Assembly: GCA_002347045.1 (NCBI GenBank)
Contig: DDWV01000001.1
Coordinates: 223,381 to 287,380 of the forward strand
Length of the DNA stretch: 64,000 bases
Source: Candidatus Collierbacteria bacterium UBA2277
Lineage (GTDB): Bacteria > Patescibacteriota > Microgenomatia > UBA1400 > MFAQ01
Direction: 5' to 3'
Part shown: one piece after another, positions 10,552-18,495 of the stretch
Numbering within the stretch: the stretch's first letter is position 1
Layout of the letters: every line of letters starts with the position of its first letter
Made by a program: the position numbers and the translations under genes
The notes under the pieces: generated by a model
The model's database searches: none
Told to the model about the DNA's origin: nothing
Seen by the model: only the letters and a program-made list of their open reading frames with translations

Positions 10552-13209
10552 ATGAAGTCCTGCATTTTGCTTCTTGTTGGGGTGATTATTGGAATCATAA
10601 CACTTTTTGGAATTCCAAAAACAGTTTTTGCTAATTATGATCTTAATGATAATTTTTCGTTTCTAAATAATTCAGTTTGGAATTTTATAAATAACAACGA
10701 AAATATTGAGATTGTCGACGACAATTTACGTTTAAGCGCTGCTAGTGGTTATAAATTCCCTTTTGTTACCCTTAAAAATAAATTGGATCTTGGAGACAAA
10801 TATATTATTGATTTAAGGTTTAAGTTTTCTGGTAATCTTTCGTATGGTAATGGAATTGTTTTTTCGCACATCACTCCATCGAATAACTCTTCAAAAGAAC
10901 TAGATTCAACTAACGTGATATTTCAAATATGGCCAAAAACTAGTGCCATCTGGGGTATTTGGTCACCCTTATGCGACTCAAGAGTGTCATTTTGTGTTGA
11001 TAATAAAAAATTTGAAGTACCGCTCTCCTCAACCCAGGCTACTTCAAACGAATGGCACGAAGTTAAGATAATTTACGAAAATAATACCTACAAAGTTAAT
11101 GTAGATAACACGTTGGTATTCAGCTCACTTAATACAGATTTGGGAATTACTGATATTTGGTTTGGAAACTATGAAAAATTGTTAACAGTTAATTCTTGGC
11201 CTAACTTATACATTGATTACTTATATGTTTATGATGATGTTGCAGAAAATGAACCTACGATAATTATTCCTGGGTTGGGAGCTAGTTGGGACTTGGGCGC
11301 TATGCTTACAGGTACGGATGGTAATAATTGGAATATTCCAAGTTTTATAAATGAATATGATGGACTAAAAAACTCTTTTATAAAAGCAGGCTACTCTGAA
11401 ACTGATGACCAGAATCTCTTTACATTTTCATATGACTGGAGAAAACCGTTGTCTGTTTTAGCCGAACGTTTAAATTCATTTATTGAAGACAGGGTTCCAA
11501 GTGGAAAAATTAATATTGTTGGACATAGCATGGGAGGACTAGTTGCCAGGGCGTATGTGGATTCTTACGGAGATACTAGAATCAATAAAATTGTTGCGGT
11601 TGGATCTCCAAACATGGGGTCAGTAAAGGCTTATGGTCCGTGGGAGGGAGCCACTGTTTGGGATGGTGCATGGTGGACGAAAGTTGCTCTAGATATTACT
11701 ACTCATTTTGGCGTTTTACCTGGAGAGCTGCCTGTTGATACTGTTCAGAGAAAGGTGCCTTCTTTAAAGGATCTTCTCCCAACTTACGATTTTTTAGTTG
11801 ACTCAACTAACTCAACTATTTCTTCATCTTCACTTATCCACAAGAATGATTATTTAAATTCACTTAATCAAAGTTCTGCTCTCAAAGGAGGAAAACTTAC
11901 GACGATTACCAGTCAGGACATACAAACTGAAAAACTTTTGAGGGTCGTTGCCCCTTCTAGTGAAGATGTATTAAATAATTTATGGACGGATGGAAAACCT
12001 TCAGAAACTGATCCATTTGTTTTTGTTGCGGGAGATGGTGTAGTAGTAAATGATAGTGCAAGAGGATTGTTTGATAATAACGTATTTGGAAATGGATGGC
12101 ATGGAGAACTTATTTCTCAAAAAAGAAATATTGAGAAAATATTTAATGTCCTTGGTTTGGATCCAAAGTTTGCTGTTGATGGAACAAGCGACAATAGACC
12201 TAATGTGTTTGTTGCGGCACTAAAATCTCCTGGGGAATTAGTAGTATGCGATTCAGATGATAATAAATGTGGTGATGATCTCGGTTTGTATTTTGATGAG
12301 GAAAAGCTATTTTTGTTGCCTGACTATAATAATCAGAGTTTAAAAATTCGCATTAAAGAAAAGGGCACCGGTTCTTACAGCCTCCACTTGGGAAATATTA
12401 ATGATGAATCAAATTGGATAGTAGCAGGTGGAAGACTGGATAGAGTTGGAGAGGTAGATTTTTTTGATATCTACAGTGATGGACACAGCTTGACAGCAAT
12501 CCAAGACACAACACCACCGAGCACCCCCCAAATATCTGGCTTTATCAATCCGACACTGGGATGTGGTGCAAGTACTCAGCTGCACACCATAACTGTAGAC
12601 TGGACAGATTCATGGGACAAAAATGGAGTACCCGGCTATGAATACAACGTAAACTATCCCATTGGGAATTTGAGGAAGGATTGGAGCACATTTTTTACTA
12701 CTTCTCAGTACAAAGGATCACTAAATGAAGGCGTTCACTATATAAAGGTTAGAACCAGAGATCTCGCTGGAAATGTGTCTGAGTGGTCGAATACATGTAG
12801 TATCACAGCTGACTGGACACCACCTAGCGTGACGATTGAGTCACCGAGTGAAGGAGTATACCAGTCGAAGTCTTTACCAGGCTTAAAATACACCGTAATT
12901 GACAATCTTGATGAGTCTCCTGTTGTAACTGTGACTGGATGGTCAAAGGAAAATGGCGAGCACACAGTAACAGTGACGGCAACAGATAAGGCAGAAAACT
13001 TCAACTCCGCATCAATTACCTATACTATTCAAAATCAAAAGCCAAAACCAGATTCAGATATGTGCAAAAAGAATGGCTGGAGAACGTTTGGACTATTTAG
13101 AGTCTTTCGTTTTAGAAATCAGGGAGAGTGTGTGAGTTATTTCAACAGAATGGAGCGTTTGAGAATAGTTACATTGAATAACTTGAAACGTTTGGGGTGG
13201 AGGAAATGA
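10552..13209 (+). CDS. Secreted multidomain protein: signal peptide, LamG/ConA-like lectin domain, alpha/beta-hydrolase lipase domain (PGAP1/LCAT-like, GHSMGG nucleophile elbow), C-terminal Ig-like repeats
   Basis: Signal peptide 'MKSCILLLVGVIIGIITLFGIPKTVFA'. Lipase motifs 'IIIPGLGASWD' and 'IVGHSMGGLVARAYV'. Ig-like domains 'TTPPSTPQISG' and 'DWTPPSVTIESPSEG...VTATDKAENF'. Cys-containing C-terminal tail. Confidence 0.6.
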   Translation: MKSCILLLVGVIIGIITLFGIPKTVFANYDLNDNFSFLNNSVWNFINNNENIEIVDDNLRLSAASGYKFPFVTLKNKLDLGDKYIIDLRFKFSGNLSYGNGIVFSHITPSNNSSKELDSTNVIFQIWPKTSAIWGIWSPLCDSRVSFCVDNKKFEVPLSSTQATSNEWHEVKIIYENNTYKVNVDNTLVFSSLNTDLGITDIWFGNYEKLLTVNSWPNLYIDYLYVYDDVAENEPTIIIPGLGASWDLGAMLTGTDGNNWNIPSFINEYDGLKNSFIKAGYSETDDQNLFTFSYDWRKPLSVLAERLNSFIEDRVPSGKINIVGHSMGGLVARAYVDSYGDTRINKIVAVGSPNMGSVKAYGPWEGATVWDGAWWTKVALDITTHFGVLPGELPVDTVQRKVPSLKDLLPTYDFLVDSTNSTISSSSLIHKNDYLNSLNQSSALKGGKLTTITSQDIQTEKLLRVVAPSSEDVLNNLWTDGKPSETDPFVFVAGDGVVVNDSARGLFDNNVFGNGWHGELISQKRNIEKIFNVLGLDPKFAVDGTSDNRPNVFVAALKSPGELVVCDSDDNKCGDDLGLYFDEEKLFLLPDYNNQSLKIRIKEKGTGSYSLHLGNINDESNWIVAGGRLDRVGEVDFFDIYSDGHSLTAIQDTTPPSTPQISGFINPTLGCGASTQLHTITVDWTDSWDKNGVPGYEYNVNYPIGNLRKDWSTFFTTSQYKGSLNEGVHYIKVRTRDLAGNVSEWSNTCSITADWTPPSVTIESPSEGVYQSKSLPGLKYTVIDNLDESPVVTVTGWSKENGEHTVTVTATDKAENFNSASITYTIQNQKPKPDSDMCKKNGWRTFGLFRVFRFRNQGECVSYFNRMERLRIVTLNNLKRLGWRK

Positions 13210-13212
13210 TAA

Positions 13213-13243
13213 AAAAACCCACCTAAATAGGTGGGTTTACTTT
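13213..13243. terminator. Bidirectional intrinsic terminator
   Basis: AAAAAAA-CCCACC-TAAATA-GGTGGG-TTT: a 6-bp GC-rich stem flanked by an A-run on one side and a T-run on the other. It lies between convergent genes. Confidence 0.6.
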
Positions 13244-13247
13244 CAAT

Positions 13248-13871
13248 TTATTTGATGGTAATCAACGCAGGGTTTACAACCCCGGAGTCACTATTGACTC
13301 CATACAGATCGTTGTGCCATTGTCGGAGCTGTTCTCCGTAAATCCAAACTTCGCAAAGAAATGCTACAACAATCCCATACATATAACCAGAGAGACCCTG
13401 GTCGTCTGCGATATCCATAGACTTATCAGCGCATTCTTCGAGAGTTTCCCCCAAAGAAATGCGATATTCCATGATTCGAGCCCATTGATCGGCGACTTGG
13501 ATAACTGCTTTGGAGTATGGAGAAGTCTGAACACGAAGAATATCTTCGTACGCTTCCTGATCCTTCACTGACATTTCAAATGGCGCGATTTGAAGCACCT
13601 CTTCCAAATCGGCCTTTCTAAGCGCTTCTATTTTTCTGTACTCTTCCTGGCGAATTGCGTACTGGGGAGATGCCAGATAACGCTTCTCTTTTTCAGCTCT
13701 CCTTTTGTAGAAGTTGCTGATAATTTCCTCGTGCGTCATTCCAGGAGCTGCTTTTACTGTAATTCCGTTGAACTTACACTTGATGACCTGGTGAGTCATT
13801 TTCTGCAAAACAATCATCTTTAAAACTACTACTTCAAGATGATCACCACCCCTTTCTTCCAAAATTATCAT
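13248..13871 (-). CDS. Hypothetical protein (207 aa), compositionally atypical (about 46% GC)
   Basis: Long ORF with a strong upstream SD (AAGGAGGAAG) and a near-consensus promoter. No family recognised. Confidence 0.5.
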   Translation of the reverse strand: MIILEERGGDHLEVVVLKMIVLQKMTHQVIKCKFNGITVKAAPGMTHEEIISNFYKRRAEKEKRYLASPQYAIRQEEYRKIEALRKADLEEVLQIAPFEMSVKDQEAYEDILRVQTSPYSKAVIQVADQWARIMEYRISLGETLEECADKSMDIADDQGLSGYMYGIVVAFLCEVWIYGEQLRQWHNDLYGVNSDSGVVNPALITIK

Positions 13872-13909
13872 TTCTTCCTCCTTGATCTATATTTGAATGT
13901 TCAGTCGGT

Positions 13910-13940
13910 AGATTTTATAACATTATGGGGTAAATGTCAA
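13910..13940 (-). promoter_or_regulatory. Sigma70-like promoter for the 13248-13871 gene: TTGACA-N17-TAAAAT
   Basis: Minus-strand read TTGACATTTACCCCATAATGTTATAAAAT, followed by AAGGAGGAAG and ATG. Confidence 0.4.
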
Positions 13941-14010
13941 TGTGGCTGAGTTTTTCTTTAGGCCTGCCTCGGTGTCGCCACACCTCCGGCTTTCGATTCC
14001 TATAATTATT

Positions 14011-14043
14011 TCTCATAAAAATAAAACTTCCTCGAGGGAAGTT
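14011..14043 (-). terminator. Intrinsic terminator downstream of tRNA-Val
   Basis: Minus-strand hairpin AACTTCCC-TCGA-GGAAGTT followed by TTTATTTTTAT. Confidence 0.4.
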
Positions 14044-14054
14044 CTATTTTTCTG

Positions 14055-14128
14055 TGGTCGCGACAGGAATCGAACCTGTGACCTCTGCAATGTGAATGCA
14101 GCGCTCTAACCAACTGAGCTACGCGACC
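14055..14128 (-). tRNA. tRNA-Val (anticodon CAC)
   Basis: Reverse complement reads GGTCGCGTAGCTCAGTTGGTTAGAGCGCTGCATTCACATTGCAGAGGTCACAGGTTCGATTCCTGTCGCGACCA. It folds into a canonical cloverleaf with anticodon loop TTCACAT. CCA is not encoded. Confidence 0.85.
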
Positions 14129-14171
14129 AAATGATTAACTTGATATATTATACCAATCAGAATAAACTTAA

Positions 14172-14744
14172 TTGATGTCTTTTTTCAGAAAATTTATAAA
14201 GGTTGTATATGAGTTTGTGGAAGCGTTTGTGATATCGGCCTCTGTTTTTGTAGTTGTCTATTTGTTCCTTATGCAACCACATCAAGTGAAGGGAAGTTCC
14301 ATGTACCCTACATTTAGAGACAAGGAGTATTTACTTACAGACAAAGTTACTTATAAAAGAATCGAGCCAAATTTTGGAGATGTAATTGTTTTCAAAGCGC
14401 CAGTCAATGAGAATTTTGACTTTATAAAGAGAGTAATTGCCGTCCCAGGACAAACGGTAATGATAAAAAATGAGCATGTATATATAGATGGAGAACTGCT
14501 TGATGAGTACTATATTTCAGATGATGTAATCACCAATACCGGACAGTTTCTCCAAGAAGGTCGATCTTACACTGTTCAACCTGGGGAGGTAATGGCTTTT
14601 GGTGACAACCGCGAACACTCGTCCGACAGTCGCGATTGGGGTCCTGTACCGGATGACAATATTGTGGGTAGAGTATTTTTCCGATACTGGCCAACGAATG
14701 TTGTAGGAGTTATTTCGAACTCAAAAAAATCCTTTACTAATTAG
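14172..14744 (+). CDS. lepB: Signal peptidase I (S26 family)
   Basis: N-terminal TM helix, catalytic 'GSSMYPTF' Ser box, 'IKRVIAVPGQTV' Lys box and 'GDNREHSSDSRDWG' box. Confidence 0.85.
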   Translation: MMSFFRKFIKVVYEFVEAFVISASVFVVVYLFLMQPHQVKGSSMYPTFRDKEYLLTDKVTYKRIEPNFGDVIVFKAPVNENFDFIKRVIAVPGQTVMIKNEHVYIDGELLDEYYISDDVITNTGQFLQEGRSYTVQPGEVMAFGDNREHSSDSRDWGPVPDDNIVGRVFFRYWPTNVVGVISNSKKSFTN

Positions 14745-14759
14745 AAAGAAAAGGATTGT

Positions 14760-15788
14760 TTAGTAATCAGAAAAATTTTCGGTGTCGTGAGGGATTACGG
14801 TTTCAAGATTTGAGTCGATGCTGTTGTCTACGAATGGCTCAAAAGGATTTGAATATGAAGATGATACTTCTTCGTTTGAGTTTGAGGTTGCGAGCTCTTG
14901 TGTTGGCTCATTTTTTTCTTCGGAGTCTTCCTCTGGTTTAGTTTCTGGCTGTGTTTCCAGTTTTGTGGATGAAGAAACTAAAAGATCGTGAATTTTTTGA
15001 ATCTGTGTTTCTGTTTCTTCAGGATTCCCTTTTAGAACAATATGAATAGCTGTTTCAACTCGAGAGCGACGCATTTTTACATGAACATTCTCCCCTATTG
15101 ATTTTCCAATTGCTGAGGCCATGTTGTCTATAGATTCATTGACTGTTCTTGTGTTGAAGCCATCAGAGGGTTTTGACTTGTGCATGGACTTTTTGAATCT
15201 ACGTGAGAGCTCCTCGGCTCGTCTTACAGACCCACCTTCACGGAGAATCATCTTGTATGCCTCAATCATAGACTGAGTGTCAGGAATAGCTGCTAGAGCT
15301 CTTGCATGACCTTCTGAAATTACGCCTGAGATCAAGCCGTCTTTAAGTGCATCAGGTAACTCGAGAAGACGAAGAGTATTGCTAACAAAGGCGGGGCTTT
15401 TCCCAATACGGGTACAGATATCGGAGTTTGTGAGAGTAAATTCCTTGATTAGTCTTTCAAAAGAGTTGGCTCTATCGATGGGGTTAAGATCTGTTCTCTG
15501 GACATTTTCCACAATAGCCATTTCTAGCATTCCTTGAGGCGATGTTTCTATGATTCGTACAGGAACTTCTTTGAGTCCAGCTAAACGACTGGCTCTCCAT
15601 CTACGCTCCCCAGCAATAATTTGGTAGCCTGCAGGAGTATGTGCCACAACGAGAGGCTGAATGACACCGTGTGTTTTTATCGAGTCTACGAGTTCTGAGA
15701 GAGATTCGGGGGTAATTACACCTCTTGGCTGAAGAGGATTTGGTTGAAGATAGTCGAGAGATAATCTTGCAACGGGTTGGTCGTCCAT
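14760..15788 (-). CDS. parB: ParB/Spo0J family partition protein with acidic/Ser-rich C-terminal tail
   Basis: 'IQPLVV' and 'IIAGERRWRASRLAGLKEVPV' ParB-box motifs plus an HTH region. Confidence 0.8.
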   Translation of the reverse strand: MDDQPVARLSLDYLQPNPLQPRGVITPESLSELVDSIKTHGVIQPLVVAHTPAGYQIIAGERRWRASRLAGLKEVPVRIIETSPQGMLEMAIVENVQRTDLNPIDRANSFERLIKEFTLTNSDICTRIGKSPAFVSNTLRLLELPDALKDGLISGVISEGHARALAAIPDTQSMIEAYKMILREGGSVRRAEELSRRFKKSMHKSKPSDGFNTRTVNESIDNMASAIGKSIGENVHVKMRRSRVETAIHIVLKGNPEETETQIQKIHDLLVSSSTKLETQPETKPEEDSEEKNEPTQELATSNSNEEVSSSYSNPFEPFVDNSIDSNLETVIPHDTENFSDY

Positions 15789-16040
15789 TTATTTTGTGAC
15801 TACGTCTACGTATTTAACACCGTTAAGTTTACGATATTTTACGTTTCCTGAGGCAGTTGCGTAAACAGTAAAATCTCGACCTTTGTCTGTGTTAACACCC
15901 GGATGGAAACCTGCTCCGCGTTGTCTGACGATTATCTGACCTGTTTTAATTGATTCGCCTCCGAATATTTTAACTCCGAGTCTTTTTCCTGCCCTCTGAG
16001 CGTGTTGTCTGGTCGCTCCACCAGATTTGACATGTGCCAT
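15789..16040 (-). CDS. rpmA: 50S ribosomal protein L27
   Basis: 'MAHVKSGGATRQHAQRAGKRLGVKIFGGESI...IIVRQRG' with no N-terminal propeptide. Confidence 0.9.
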   Translation of the reverse strand: MAHVKSGGATRQHAQRAGKRLGVKIFGGESIKTGQIIVRQRGAGFHPGVNTDKGRDFTVYATASGNVKYRKLNGVKYVDVVTK

Positions 16041-16046
16041 ATATGT

Positions 16047-17099
16047 TTATTTTTTTTGTAAGATAACTATTTCACGCTTAACATCCGCGTCGGGACGTGA
16101 ATAAAATATTCCGCGTTTCAATGGATTGTAACTTAGTTTCAGCTTCCCGTCAATAATTTCGCTTGTCTTATATACTTTCTTGCCGTCAGAAAACCAAGGG
16201 AATACCATTACAACGAAACCGCCAGGTTTTAATACCTTTAGCCAGTCTTTTAGGCAACCAAGATATAACTTTCCCAAACCGGGAACCATATAGCGAACCT
16301 CATCGGGTCTGAATTTTGATTTTCCTAAAAATGGCTCGGTGACAATAGCGTCGATATTTGAAAATTTTGTAGACAAATGAGTCGCATCGAGTACTTCAAG
16401 TAGTCCAGAAAAATTCATGGAACGAAGATTTTCTTCGGTGTCACTCACCTGCTTTGAGATAATGTCAGCACCGGCGATGGTGTACCCAAGTTCGGCTGCC
16501 TCAACCAATACGCGACCAGAACCACAAAAGGGGTCTAGAAGTGTCTTTCCCTCACCTGAAAAGGGTACAAGATTTACCATACTTCTGGCAATTTTAGGTG
16601 GAAGCATTCCTGCCCTTGGGTCAATGCGGGGCATATGTCTATCTTTTTTTATCCAGTGAGCAAAATTATGAACCCAGATAGTAGTCCATACTTGTAACTT
16701 TTCTATATTAATGAAAAATTCGTCTACTTTGTGCTTTTTGTTTATTATTGGAGATAAGCCAAAGGAATCTTTGGGAAGGATAAACCGCCCTTTTCCTTTT
16801 AGATCTTTGATTTCTTGATGGAATTTTCCCATTGGGCCTGTTTTTCCCAGTAAAGAAACCGAAAAAGTCTTTTCTTTTATTGCCGAAGCTATTGATTTTT
16901 CATCTGGTGAGACTTTTTCCATCAAAACTGCAAGTTTTATACTTGATCCTAGTCTTCTAGCTAGAGATTTTGCTTCGTCAATTGTGCCTGCAGAAAACAG
17001 ATATACATTGGGGTACTCTTGGGTCGCCTCCTTTATTTGAACGGCTACTTCTTCTGCCGCCAAAGTGTTGTTGGCTCCGACGAACAATAAAAACTGCAT
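16047..17099 (-). CDS. THUMP-domain class I SAM methyltransferase (putative RNA m2G/N6A-type methylase, UPF0020-like)
   Basis: 'LLDPFCGSGRVLVEAAELG' motif I and 'VTEPFLG' motif IV-like. It lies between rplU and rpmA. Confidence 0.55.
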   Translation of the reverse strand: MQFLLFVGANNTLAAEEVAVQIKEATQEYPNVYLFSAGTIDEAKSLARRLGSSIKLAVLMEKVSPDEKSIASAIKEKTFSVSLLGKTGPMGKFHQEIKDLKGKGRFILPKDSFGLSPIINKKHKVDEFFINIEKLQVWTTIWVHNFAHWIKKDRHMPRIDPRAGMLPPKIARSMVNLVPFSGEGKTLLDPFCGSGRVLVEAAELGYTIAGADIISKQVSDTEENLRSMNFSGLLEVLDATHLSTKFSNIDAIVTEPFLGKSKFRPDEVRYMVPGLGKLYLGCLKDWLKVLKPGGFVVMVFPWFSDGKKVYKTSEIIDGKLKLSYNPLKRGIFYSRPDADVKREIVILQKK

Positions 17100-17103
17100 T
17101 TAT

Positions 17104-17430
17104 TTATAGGTTTATAGCCTTGACAGTGAGATAATTCTCAGATTGTCTGTGTCCTTGAATTTTTCTATATCTAGACTTGGCTTTAAACTTTGCTACACGA
17201 ATTTTCTCACCTCTTCCAACACTGTCGAGAGTGAGATCTACAGTAACTTTATCTAGATATGGCTGACCAATAAGAGTTTCCTTTCCATCATGAACTAACA
17301 AAACTTCTTTAACCTTAATGGTGTCGCCTGCTTTGGCTTCAAGTTTTTCTGTTGTAATCTTGTCTCCTTGTTTGACGAGGAACTGTTTGCCGCCAACTTC
17401 AATGACAGCGTATATATTTTTGTCTTCCAT
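17104..17430 (-). CDS. rplU: 50S ribosomal protein L21
   Basis: 'YAVIEVGGKQFLVKQGDKI' N-terminus typical of L21. Confidence 0.9.
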   Translation of the reverse strand: MEDKNIYAVIEVGGKQFLVKQGDKITTEKLEAKAGDTIKVKEVLLVHDGKETLIGQPYLDKVTVDLTLDSVGRGEKIRVAKFKAKSRYRKIQGHRQSENYLTVKAINL

Positions 17431-17438
17431 GTGCGAAA

Positions 17439-18494
17439 TTATATCTCAAAGGGGGTGGTTAAATCAAGCTGGCGAAGTTGTAAACCAATAAGAATTGCAA
17501 AACTGAGTAAAGAACTTCCTCCATATGAAAACAATGGCAGTGTAATACCAGTAATTGGCATCACTCCTAGGTTCATTCCGACGTTAACGATAGTTTGGAA
17601 TGCAAAAACAGTTAGGACTGAGATCGACAAAAGGGATGCATTTTTGTCTTTTAGAATTTTGGCTGTCTGAAGACTAATGCTAAAAACAACGTAATATGCA
17701 GTTAGTAAAATCATAGCACCAACAAAACCAAACTCTTCTACGAATGAAGCGAATATAAAGTCGGTGTGCCTTTCTGGAAGGAAGTTTAGATGTGACTGAG
17801 TTCCCAGTTTCACCCCCTTACCAAGCAGTCCACCTGAACCTACAGCTATTGTGGCTTGGATTACGTTGTATCCCGCACCTCTCGGATCTTTGTACGGATT
17901 AATAAAAGTTTCAATACGTTGTCTCTGATATTGTTTGAGCAGTTGAGCCTCAAGGGGAACGACTAAGGCAAGGAAAACAATCCCTAAAATCATAATTTTT
18001 TTGAAACTTCCTGTAAAAATCAACAGTACGAGAGGGAGACACAGTAAAGTTAGTGCAGATCCGAGGTCTGGCTGAATTACGATGAGAGCTGTCGGTATGG
18101 CAGCTAAAAATAGAAACTTAAAAAGATCCATCCATTTTTCTGGCTTAAACTTTGATAGGTATGAGGAGTAGAAAATCGCCAGTAGAGGTTTTACTATCTC
18201 AGAAGTCTGTAGATTAAAAAATCCTAGATTTATCCAGCGAACAGAACCTCGTATGTTACTACCTATCATCATTGTAAGTACCAAGAGAAAAATACTGAGA
18301 ACGTATAAAAATGTAGCAATACTAAACAAATTTCTAGTATCAAAACGTGAGAGAGACAAAACAATAATGACACCAGCAACCACAAAAGCAAGTTGGGAGT
18401 AGAATAATTCCGAAGCGGTACTCCATATTGTGACAAGACTTAGGACTAATATTAAAGTTATTGCCCCGACATAGAGACCCTTGTTGGGACGCAT
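17439..18494 (-). CDS. SEDS family peptidoglycan polymerase (RodA/FtsW-like), second copy outside the dcw cluster
   Basis: 10 TM helices and the 'GSGGLLGKG...PERHTDFIFASFVEEFGFVG' SEDS signature. Confidence 0.8.
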   Translation of the reverse strand: MRPNKGLYVGAITLILVLSLVTIWSTASELFYSQLAFVVAGVIIVLSLSRFDTRNLFSIATFLYVLSIFLLVLTMMIGSNIRGSVRWINLGFFNLQTSEIVKPLLAIFYSSYLSKFKPEKWMDLFKFLFLAAIPTALIVIQPDLGSALTLLCLPLVLLIFTGSFKKIMILGIVFLALVVPLEAQLLKQYQRQRIETFINPYKDPRGAGYNVIQATIAVGSGGLLGKGVKLGTQSHLNFLPERHTDFIFASFVEEFGFVGAMILLTAYYVVFSISLQTAKILKDKNASLLSISVLTVFAFQTIVNVGMNLGVMPITGITLPLFSYGGSSLLSFAILIGLQLRQLDLTTPFEI

Positions 18495-18495
18495 A

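Noticed and set aside
14756-14941. 61-aa plus-strand ORF antisense to the parB 3' end
   Set aside because: It lies in the low-complexity acidic tail region of parB and is likely spurious.
16060-16110. TTTCACG / ACGTGAA fragments resembling half parS sites near parB
   Set aside because: No full 16-bp TGTTTCACGTGAAACA palindrome is present. The fragments are too degenerate to call.
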